Translations under genes and position numbers: made by a program | Notes under the pieces: model-generated | Told to the model about the DNA's origin: nothing | What the model saw: only the letters and a program-made list of their open reading frames with translations | Database searches by the model: none | Part shown: positions 34,223 to 43,600 of the stretch, piece after piece | Position numbering within the stretch: the first letter of the stretch is position 1 | Layout: each line of letters opens with the position of its first letter | Source: Armatimonadota bacterium | Lineage (GTDB): Bacteria; Armatimonadota; Fimbriimonadia; Fimbriimonadales; GBS-DC | Assembly: GCA_037442365.1 (NCBI GenBank) | Contig: JBBIQK010000001.1 | Span: 37,797 to 101,796 of the forward strand | Length of the DNA: 64,000 nt | Direction: 5' to 3'

Positions 34223-37200
34223 AGTCGCCGTCGGCGTCGAACGGGCTGATGTAGAAGCGCGGTTGGATTGCCCCACCGTAGATGTTGCCCACGCCGTTGC
34301 GCGTGCTGCTCCAGAACAGCAGGATTGACTCGTCCAGCGCGCCGTAGGAATCGCCCAACTGCGGGTTGCCGCGGAACTCCACATTCGGCGTCGTCCACAG
34401 GTACAGCTCGTTCGTGGGCAGGTCAATCGGCACGGGCGAGGTGTATTCGACCTCCGTGGCGAAGGAACGTGCGAGGTTGCCCTCGTCGATCCAGCGCACC
34501 ACGAGCGTTTCGGTCAGCTCCACGATGTTGCCTGCGCGGTCGCGCGCCAGGTAGCGCACCTGCACTTCCTTGCCGAGGTCGGCGGCAGTGAAGTAGATAT
34601 TGCCGCGCAGGCCGTCATATTCGTAGAAGCCCAGCCCTGCGCCCGCCACATTGTTCGCCGTGAGCTGCACTACCGCGTGGTTCGAGCCCAGCGCGAGAGT
34701 GAACGCCCCCGTCTGCACGGGCACGCGCCCGCGCTGGGTCAGGATGGGCGACTGCAGGCGCACGCCCGGACGCAACGTCTTGAAGAAGAAGTTGCCCGAG
34801 CTGTTAGGCGGCGCGCTCGTGCGGCGGAAGAAGAGCCAGATTCGATCCACCGACGGGCGCTCGCCCGCTTCCACAGCGCCGTTGTTCGCGCCTTTGCGCA
34901 CGGGCGAGTCGCCCGGGTTGTTCTCTGTGTGGCGCGGGTTCATGGTGCGCTGGAAGACGGTGCGCAGCTGCGAATAGGTCCCCGCCGAGCCGGGCGCAAT
35001 CGCGCTGACACGGTACACGCGCGGGCGGTAGGTCACCGTCACGAGATCGTTCAGGCGCGGCGCGAAGTTCACGAAGCGTACCGTGCCGTTGTTGGGGTCC
35101 ACCACGATACGCCCGCGCGGCAACAGGTTCACCACCTGCCCGCCGCCGCCCAGTACTGGCTCGTTGAACTCGAACTGCAGCAGCCCCGTCTGCTCGTCCA
35201 CCGTCGGCGTCTGCAGGACGAACTGCGTCGGGTTGGCAGGATTACGCCCCAGCAAGACAGAGACGCCATTGATTTTGATGTCCAGGTCGGGCGCGCTGGG
35301 GACGCTGTTCCAGCCTCGCTCGATGAACGCCCAGTCGAGGTGGCGGGTGCGCCACACATTCTGGTCAGGGTCTTTCTGGGCGACCTCGTCGGCGACCACA
35401 GGCAGGAACCGCTCCTGCGTGACGCCCAGCGAACGATCGGCGCGGTTGTCGCTCAGCGTGAGCAGGTTGCCGTTGCGCGGGTTCACATAGAACCGCTGCA
35501 TCAGCACCTCCGACTCGTTGCGGTCGCCAGCTGTGCCGATGAAGTAGACATCCGCCAGGTAGACAAAGTTCGTGTTGCTGGCGTCGGGGTTCGCAGCGAC
35601 GCGGTAGAGATTCGCGCTGACGCTCTCCACCGAGCGCACTACAGGCGAAAGCGGCACACGCTGCTCGCGCCGCCAGACGCTGAACAGGTCGCCTTCCGAA
35701 GCGATGGCGAAAATCTGGCTGCGTCCCGACGGCGCGGCGACATAGAACAGCCAGTTGCCCACACCGTCCACGCCCGCGATGGAGAGGTTGGAACGCGGCA
35801 TGACCGGGTCTAACGGAACCGCCTGCGGATTGCCCACCGGGTTGCCGGTCTGCGTGTCCAGCGGCACATAGAACAGCAGTTCGTATTTCTGATTGCGCAG
35901 GATGACCTCGCCTGTCCAGAACAGATACGCCACAGGGCGTCCGCCGCCGCGCACGCCCGTGTCCTGCGCCACGCGGATGAACGGGCGATAGTGCTTGATG
36001 GTCGCGATTTCCGCATCGGTCAGTGCGCGTCCCAGCCCAAGCGCCGTGCTGAAGAGGTTGCCGCTGGGGTCGTTCGGGTAGGGACCGAGGGGCGCTTCCC
36101 ACCAGCGGTTCAGCGCGTCAGGCGACCAGCCGTTCGAGGTGCGGATGCCATTCTGCAGGGTGTTCGCGCCGTTCCAGTCGAGCGTCGCTTTGTAGAGGTA
36201 GAAGCTATTGGGGCGTCCTGTCGGATCGAGGCGGTTGCTCACCCAGTAGAGGTGCAGCCTGCCCGTCTCCGGGTCGCGGAACGCGGCGGGTGTGATGTCG
36301 CTGATCGCGCTTGCCGCCGTATCAATCATCGGCGCGACGCCCCGATTCGTGCCGCCCGTGAGCTGGGTCTCGCGCACGCGCGCCACGAGTCGCATCGGCG
36401 GCGTGGCGAATGCGCCGTTCACGGCGCCGGGCGTGCCGCCGTCGTTGTGCTGGTACGGCGCAATCAGTTGCGAGTAGACGCCCATCGGCTGGAACGGCGG
36501 GATTGCGAGCGAGACCTGCGGCTTGCGCGGCTCGACCACGATGCTGGGGTCGCGCCGCGGCGGAATCGCGGGCTGCGTCAGCACCGTCGAGGTGTAGTCG
36601 CCCACCTGCGGCTTCTGCAGAATGGGGTACGGCTGGTTGTTGCCCGGATAAAACGGATTCGGCTGCGGCCAGAAGCGCGTGTCCAGCGTGCTGGCGACCG
36701 TTGTCCACGCGGGCATCCCCGTAAAGAAGCTCACCATATCCGAGAAGAGGAACACTGTGCCCGACGGGCTGCCAAACGCCTTGCCCAGATAGACGGGGTA
36801 CAGGTTCACATTCCCCTCGTTGCGCACGGTGAAGGTCTTCCAGAACGGCTCAAAGATCGGGTTGTCGGGGCGGAAAGTGGACGACGGATGGTTCGCGAAC
36901 AGGTTGCCCCAGTTGAAGCCGAATCCGCCGGGCAGCGAGCCGAGGTCGATGGTCTGCTCCTCTACAAAGAGGCGTTCATCGGGCTGGACAGTCGCGGTGG
37001 AGACCAGCTCGCGGTACGCTTCGATGCGCAGGTTCTGCGACACGCCCGGCTGGAGCACGCTCTCCAGCCCGTCGAATCGCCCGTTGTTGTTCGAATCGGC
37101 GAATACATAGGTACGGGAGGAGTAGCCAGTCAGGTTCGCGGGCTGGAAGCGCGGGATTTCGACCTGCACATCGACGCGGGTACCTGTCGACAGCAGGCGC

Positions 37201-40200
37201 GCTGCAGCGCGTTGCAGGTCGGTGCCGCCGCCCAGCAGCATCTGGATGCGTCGCCCGGAGATGTCGGGATAGTCCGGGCTGCGGTTGGGGAGCGTGGGCA
37301 TCACTTCCCATGGCAACGCACGGATGACCGCCGCTGCCCCGCCCTGCCAGCGCATATCGTCCACATACGCACGGGCGTTGATGGCAATCGGCGCCACATT
37401 CGAGGTTTGTGGCGTGCGTCGGTCGCGTGCGAAGAAATCGCCAAATAGCGTCTTGCCGTGCTCGCCTGCGCCAACAGGTACGATACCGCCTGCCGGGGTA
37501 CGGAAGCGCGCGCTGACCAGCGTGCCGTTATTACCGTTGAACAGATTCTGATCGGTACCGCCTGCGCCGACGACACCGACGCCTTCCAGCCCCACCGGAT
37601 TCGCAACGCCGAAACGCCAGCCCGCGCCAGTGAGCAGGGAGTCGGGGTCGTCGCCGCCGTAGGGCGGCACTTCCAGACCGCCTCCAGCCGCAGGACGGTC
37701 GATCTCGGCTGTCTCAATCGCAAGGTCGGAGGTCCAGCCTGCGTTGCCGAAGCGCACCTGCAGCTCGTACTTCTCGCCCGGCGTGTAGAAGTTGTTGCCC
37801 GACGCCTGAACAGTGATGGACTGCACCGCCACCCAAGCCAGGTCAGGGTTGCCCGTGGGCGGTCGAGTCGTCTGGCGGGGCGCAAGCGTATATTCCACGC
37901 GCGTAACGCCCGGACCAATCAGCTGGATGCGTATCGGCTGCGGGTTCGTGCCCTGCTTGAAGTTCCACACGACCACATAAATCGTGTCGCCCCACTCGAG
38001 CGCATCAGGGAAGCGCGGCTCCAGCTCGTCGGGGCGTATTGTGCCTGCCAGTACCGCATCCGCATCTTCCTTGCGCGTGGTCACCGAGACGCGCAGTCGG
38101 GAGTAGTCCGAGCCGTCGGGGGTTGTGGTCTGGGTCGGCGTGCGAATGATGCCGCCCAGTCCCGTCTCCGGGGCTGTGATTGCGACGCCCAGCACATTGT
38201 AGGCGTATACGATGCCCTCATCGTCCGCTGCATAGAGCCAGTTGTCCAGCACGCCCGGCGAGGCGAACACCGTGTTGGCGTACAAATCCCATCCTTCGAA
38301 CGATTTGCCGTTGCGATCGTTCACCTGCTCGTCGGCGTGGAGTGCGAGCAGCTGTCCTGAATTGGTGGCGACCACCACGGCGGGGCGGTCCCCTATCAGG
38401 TTGCCATTCGCGTCGGTGTCGCGCACATAGGTGAATATCGGCGAGCTGAAAATCGCCCCGCCGAGGTTTTCACTGATGTAGCGCAGCTCGCCTGTATCAG
38501 CGTTAAAGGCAGTGATGCGCCCGCCTGCGCCGCCGACATAGACGATGTTTTCCGAAACGCCCCGGTACAGCAGCCCCTGCACGACCAGCGGCGAGCTGTA
38601 GAAGAAGTTGAACAGCGGCGTCAGGGGCGCGCTAAGCGCCGGGCGCGCCCATTCCAGCGAGCCGTTGTCCGCCTTTACCGCGTAGAGTCGCCCACCGTTC
38701 AGGCTGCCCGTCGTGAAGTAGACGCGCCCCAGCGCGACCGCAGGCGTGCTGGTAATCGGCTCAATAGGATTCTGATCCTCAGGCGGATAAACCCACGCCA
38801 CACGCTCGTCTTCTGTTGTGTTGGGATCGTCCTGGCGAGATGGATTCAACGCAATCAGCCGCCCGAACTGGTTGCCGCCCTCCGAGCTGCCGATGTAGAT
38901 CAGCCCTGTGCCAGGATCATAGGTAGGCGTCGAGACGAACGACGCGCCGAATCGATCGTACTGCCAGTGGAAGTAGGTGTCCGCGTCTTCAGGGTCTAAA
39001 TCGGTCTTTATGAGATAGACCGAGCCTGCGGGGTTGCCAATCGCGACCAGGTCCTCGCTTTCCAGAATCAGCGGCGAGGCGTAGCTGAAGCTGGTGGAGT
39101 TCGTGGGCTTGACAATCCAGTAGAGTTTGGTCTCGCCGCGGCGGGTGTCGTTCTCGCCGTCGCCCAGCGCGTCGATGGCGTAGACCGCGCCGTTTTGAGC
39201 GCCAAATATCACCACCCAGCGCAGGACGGTGCTGCTGCCGTCGCGCACGCGCACCCTGCCAACCGCAGGCGTACTGAAGACGGCGTTCGTCAGCCCGTCC
39301 GCGCTCACCACGCGAATCGCGTCCGCAATCACGCGCTGCGAACCCGCCGCCACATCCTCAGGCGAGTAGTTGGTCACGGAGATTTCGTAGGTGCGTCCAC
39401 TGCGCATTTCCACCGGCAGGTTATTGAGCAGCACCCACCGCCCGCCGAACCGCTGGTCGACGCGCACACTCAGATTGTCGCCCTCATTCTCAATCACATA
39501 CTGCGCCTGTCGCGCGTTCAGGTCGTCCGAGGGGAACCATGCATACACATAATACAGCCCGCGCGTCGGCACTTGAATCTTCCAGTAGGCGCGCTGGATA
39601 TTGCTGGCGTCGTTGGTGGGCGCGATTTCGTGGTAGAGGCGTTCGTAGCGGTCGCCCAGCGCATCGTTCGGCGTGAACAGCCCTGCGGTGAAGTTCGCGT
39701 TCTCGTCGTCATAGACCTGTCCTTCGCCCTGACCGGGCAAATCGGGCACGCGGAAAGTCCAGCGCACGCGCGCGCCGCGCGTGCCAACGGGGTTCTCCAT
39801 ACAGGTAATCGTGCCGTTGCCGTTCGCCACATACACCAGATGGTTGCCTGCGTTCAGCGGGCTGCGAATCGCCACGGGCGACGCCTGCACCGTGCCGTAG
39901 TCGGGCACGAAGCGCACCGCATCCGCCGCGACAATCGGCGTGATACTCAGTGGATAGTCGGGACTGGTTTGGCGAATGAGGTTGTTGAGCGTGACGACAA
40001 TCTCCGATGCGCCATCGTGATAGAACGGTCGGTCGCCCAGCGGTTGCCACCCGCCCAGCGTCTGGTTCAGGTACAGCGTTGTTTCGGTTCCCGTCGCGTC
40101 CGCCACCTCATACTCCGCCTGGCGTGCGTAGGAGGCGTCGAATCCGCCCACGCGCGTGTTGTCGCTGGGCACATAGACCCAGATTCGGTAGTAGCCCGGC

Positions 40201-40601
40201 GGAAGTTGCCCACTGCGCCATGCGAAGCGAGCAACCGTGGGTACCGGGTCGCCCGGATTAATGGGCTCACGCACGCACTCGATATACTGATAGGGCACGG
40301 TCGAATCTGGGTCGTCCAGATACGGGTCTACCGCTCGCTCCGCTGCGGAGGGCGTCTTCCACGCGCCTGCGGGGGTTGAACTGGTAAGTCCCACTGCATC
40401 ATTATCCACCACGACGGGCAGACGCACCGAGTCCATATCGGGCAGCGTCCACGCCAGCAGGAAGTTCACCAGACTGCTCTGGGCGTTAGTGGTCGTTCCC
40501 GTGCGCTGATTGCTGCCGCGATGGGTACTCCAGCTGTCCTGCGCGGCGCTCAGCGCCAGCGTCGCCGCGCCAATCCAGAACCCCGCAACCAATCGCTTCA
40601 T
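34221..40601 (-). CDS. giant secreted protein: two golvesin-C-like modules + PQQ/BamB-like beta-propeller + ~1300 aa unassigned
   Basis: Signal peptide MKRLVAGFWIGAATLALSAAQD, with GGAGG 6 nt before ATG 40601. Two modules end in ...AADAVRFV and ...IADAIRVV. Propeller-type repeats include AVYAIDA, RLYAVKADNGSLEW, RITAFNADTGEL and IVYAYN. Last gene of the pilin operon. Confidence 0.8.
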   Translation of the reverse strand: MKRLVAGFWIGAATLALSAAQDSWSTHRGSNQRTGTTTNAQSSLVNFLLAWTLPDMDSVRLPVVVDNDAVGLTSSTPAGAWKTPSAAERAVDPYLDDPDSTVPYQYIECVREPINPGDPVPTVARFAWRSGQLPPGYYRIWVYVPSDNTRVGGFDASYARQAEYEVADATGTETTLYLNQTLGGWQPLGDRPFYHDGASEIVVTLNNLIRQTSPDYPLSITPIVAADAVRFVPDYGTVQASPVAIRSPLNAGNHLVYVANGNGTITCMENPVGTRGARVRWTFRVPDLPGQGEGQVYDDENANFTAGLFTPNDALGDRYERLYHEIAPTNDASNIQRAYWKIQVPTRGLYYVYAWFPSDDLNARQAQYVIENEGDNLSVRVDQRFGGRWVLLNNLPVEMRSGRTYEISVTNYSPEDVAAGSQRVIADAIRVVSADGLTNAVFSTPAVGRVRVRDGSSTVLRWVVIFGAQNGAVYAIDALGDGENDTRRGETKLYWIVKPTNSTSFSYASPLILESEDLVAIGNPAGSVYLIKTDLDPEDADTYFHWQYDRFGASFVSTPTYDPGTGLIYIGSSEGGNQFGRLIALNPSRQDDPNTTEDERVAWVYPPEDQNPIEPITSTPAVALGRVYFTTGSLNGGRLYAVKADNGSLEWARPALSAPLTPLFNFFYSSPLVVQGLLYRGVSENIVYVGGAGGRITAFNADTGELRYISENLGGAIFSSPIFTYVRDTDANGNLIGDRPAVVVATNSGQLLALHADEQVNDRNGKSFEGWDLYANTVFASPGVLDNWLYAADDEGIVYAYNVLGVAITAPETGLGGIIRTPTQTTTPDGSDYSRLRVSVTTRKEDADAVLAGTIRPDELEPRFPDALEWGDTIYVVVWNFKQGTNPQPIRIQLIGPGVTRVEYTLAPRQTTRPPTGNPDLAWVAVQSITVQASGNNFYTPGEKYELQVRFGNAGWTSDLAIETAEIDRPAAGGGLEVPPYGGDDPDSLLTGAGWRFGVANPVGLEGVGVVGAGGTDQNLFNGNNGTLVSARFRTPAGGIVPVGAGEHGKTLFGDFFARDRRTPQTSNVAPIAINARAYVDDMRWQGGAAAVIRALPWEVMPTLPNRSPDYPDISGRRIQMLLGGGTDLQRAAARLLSTGTRVDVQVEIPRFQPANLTGYSSRTYVFADSNNNGRFDGLESVLQPGVSQNLRIEAYRELVSTATVQPDERLFVEEQTIDLGSLPGGFGFNWGNLFANHPSSTFRPDNPIFEPFWKTFTVRNEGNVNLYPVYLGKAFGSPSGTVFLFSDMVSFFTGMPAWTTVASTLDTRFWPQPNPFYPGNNQPYPILQKPQVGDYTSTVLTQPAIPPRRDPSIVVEPRKPQVSLAIPPFQPMGVYSQLIAPYQHNDGGTPGAVNGAFATPPMRLVARVRETQLTGGTNRGVAPMIDTAASAISDITPAAFRDPETGRLHLYWVSNRLDPTGRPNSFYLYKATLDWNGANTLQNGIRTSNGWSPDALNRWWEAPLGPYPNDPSGNLFSTALGLGRALTDAEIATIKHYRPFIRVAQDTGVRGGGRPVAYLFWTGEVILRNQKYELLFYVPLDTQTGNPVGNPQAVPLDPVMPRSNLSIAGVDGVGNWLFYVAAPSGRSQIFAIASEGDLFSVWRREQRVPLSPVVRSVESVSANLYRVAANPDASNTNFVYLADVYFIGTAGDRNESEVLMQRFYVNPRNGNLLTLSDNRADRSLGVTQERFLPVVADEVAQKDPDQNVWRTRHLDWAFIERGWNSVPSAPDLDIKINGVSVLLGRNPANPTQFVLQTPTVDEQTGLLQFEFNEPVLGGGGQVVNLLPRGRIVVDPNNGTVRFVNFAPRLNDLVTVTYRPRVYRVSAIAPGSAGTYSQLRTVFQRTMNPRHTENNPGDSPVRKGANNGAVEAGERPSVDRIWLFFRRTSAPPNSSGNFFFKTLRPGVRLQSPILTQRGRVPVQTGAFTLALGSNHAVVQLTANNVAGAGLGFYEYDGLRGNIYFTAADLGKEVQVRYLARDRAGNIVELTETLVVRWIDEGNLARSFATEVEYTSPVPIDLPTNELYLWTTPNVEFRGNPQLGDSYGALDESILLFWSSTRNGVGNIYGGAIQPRFYISPFDADGD

Positions 40602-40627
40602 GCCGTGCCTCCAGTGATGCCTCATCT

Positions 40628-43600
40628 CTAAAATCCTCCCCGATCGGCGGAGCTGGGCTTGCGCAGTTGCGTCGAGCCGCTCAGTTCAGGACGGTCGAGC
40701 GTACTCCACACAATCGATGCGTTGCCGAAGCCCAGGTCGTCGCGCCCAGCGTTATAGTCGTTCGCATCCAGCTCAAACACCTCACCTGGGAACTCGCGCG
40801 GCTCGATGTTGGAGCCTGAGCGCACCAGCGTCGTGCCGCTGTAGGCGTTCACAATCAGCACATTGCCGTTGCCCAAATAGCGCGCCTGACGCGGCTTGAA
40901 CAGGATGGGGCGCAGCAGCTCGCCGCCGTCTTCCGCGAGGTCGTTGCCGTCCAGCCGTCGGCGAATGGCGTTTGTGTATGCCTCGTTGGTGAGCATCCAT
41001 GTGACGGGCAGCGTGTCGCCGACGGTTCCTGTGAGTGGCACTTGCAATTCATAAATGCCCGTGCTGGTCGTCACCAGCAGATAGAGTCCCGCGTTGCCCT
41101 GCCCGCTTGCGCTTCGTTTCGCCGTATCGATGGCGACAGGCGCGAGGATGGGCACGACGCGCCCATCGGGCAGTTGCATCCGCCGGATATAAATCGTCTG
41201 GTCGCGCCCGTTCACAATCAGCTGCAGGGTAATCATGCCCGCTTCGGGCGTGCGGGGGTCAAGCGGGTCGCTTGTCAGCGTCGCCTCGAACCCACTGGCG
41301 GCGGTGTTTTGCACCAGCGTCGCGAATCCGATGCGCGTCGTGTTGCCGTCCCAGTATTCGAACCGCTGCGCCGACACATAGCGGTAGGCGCGCTCCAGCC
41401 GCTGGGTCGGCGTCGTCCAGTAAAGCACGCCCAGCATCGCACCCAGCTGCGCATCCTGCACGGGAGCGCCCACCGTGAAGGTGTTCGGGTCTGCCTGATA
41501 GCGATCCACGATGTCCACCACGCGCGCGTTGCCCGTATCGGTAATCGTGTAGTGAATCCAGTATTCCAGCGGCTGGCGGTTCGTGTAGGGGTTGCGGCTG
41601 GCAGGCATGAATTCAGTCCAGACCGTGACATCGGTCGGGTTGCGCAGCGTATCGGGCGCGCCTGCGATGTAGTTGGAGCCGGGCAGGTTGTTCGCCTGCG
41701 CCCACGCCTCGTCGCGCAGGTCGACAATCTGCGTCATGTTGCCGTCGTTGTCGCGCAGGGGTACGCGGTCGGGAATGAAGCGCGTGATGGTGCGCACTTC
41801 CGCGCCCGCGCGGTCGAGAATCGCGACGCGGTTGCGCTCTGGCTCCACAATCAGCAGCTCGTTCTCGCCGTAGCGGTACACGCGCGCGTTGGGCGTAATC
41901 GGGTAGCGCGCCTTGCTGGAAACGATGGAGCCCGTGTAGAAGTCGAGCTGGGTGTTCTCGGTCGACCAGACAACGCGCCCGGCGGTGTCCACCTCCAGCA
42001 GGCGGCTCTCATCGGCGATAATCGTGCCCTGCCGACTGTACGCCTGCAGCCCCTCGCCCGAACTAATCACCAGCAGCCCTTCGCCGACTGCGATGGGCGA
42101 CAGTCCCGTGCCCACCTGCGAGCCTTCCGCAAACCGACGGAACAGCTCGCGCAGGAACGCGCCAGGATCGGGGTCTTCCTCCAGATCGGTAATCAGGTCG
42201 TCGATAAACGGCCAGCGGATAATGGACTGATACTTCAGGGGGTTCACCGGGTCGACGCGCGGGATGGTGCCTGCCTGATCCTTGCGCTGGGCGAGGTCGG
42301 GTTGCAGGCGGTAGGGGTCGGCGGCGATGCCCAGAATACTGCCGAAGGTCTCCAGTCCGCTCTCAGTCGGCACGGTAATCTCGCAGGGCAGGAACAGCGT
42401 GTCGCCCACCAGCACGGGGTTCGCCTTCAGCTGCTGTCCCAGCAACACGGCGTACCAGCGCATGTTGTTCCAGTTGCCCGCGATTCGATCGGGATCGAGC
42501 AGCGTGTTGAAGGTGTTGCCAACGCTCACCTGCACGGGCTGCGTGAGGCTCAGCACATTCTCCAGCAGTCGAATCTGCCCGCCGCCGTCCGCTTGCCCGA
42601 AGCTGGTGATGCGAATCTGCCCGGTCGTGAAGTCGACCTTGATGTCGGGGTTTGGGCTATTGGGCGAATAAGCCAGCGATGAAACGATATTGGTAATGGG
42701 GTTCGGTCCGGAGCGTCCGTAGTCGCGCTGGCTGATTCGGACATCGCCCGACGCGGCGATAGGCGCGCCCAGGTCAATCACAAACTGCTCTGGCTCAGCG
42801 TCCAGCGCGACGATGGTTGTATAGGGAATACCGATTGGGAAGCCGCCGATACGCGCCTGTCCGACGGCGAAGGCGTACACCGCGCCGTCGTAGTAAATCG
42901 GCGCGCCGATAAAGGTGAAGTTCATCCACTGGCGCTGTGGCTCGTCATTCGCGTTGGGCACGAAATCATTGCTGAAGCGCAGGAAGCGTCCCACGAACCG
43001 CATAAAGTATTCGTTCGGCTCGCGGTAGATGGCGCTGGGCGGCACAATCACAGGTTCGGCAGCGCCGGGCACAACCTGCGAGTAGCCCCCGTGCGACTGC
43101 CAGCGCCAGAGAATTTTCGAGCCGCCGCGCGTTTGCTGCTGGGTCGGCGGCGACTGCTCCTGCAGGGCAATCACGCTGCCGCTGGCGGTGTTGGCGTCGG
43201 TCGTGTCCGTGCCTGTTGTGACGTAGAGCACGCCGTTGGGCGCGAGGGTGAAGCCGCGCAGCTTCTGCGGCGGCGCGGAACTGCTGTCCGAATACGGCGG
43301 CAGGCTCGCAAAGGTGCGAAACATCAGGTTGAAGTTCGTTGCATACGCCCAGTCGATATAGTAGTCGACGATGAAGGTGTAGCCGCTGGTGTCGCCCGTG
43401 TAGTTGATGCGTCCCTGTTCCGCGGGCGGATTGAACACGCACTGGCTGGTGATGTCCTCGATGGCGCCGGAGGTGTTGTTGATTCGGAACACGCGCGGAT
43501 GGAGCGGGTTCGCGATTCCGTCGTCGGGCACATAGTAGCGGGCGCGCCCGGTGATACGCGAGCGCAGGTAGTTCTGGTAGATGCCTGCGCTGTTAATCGC

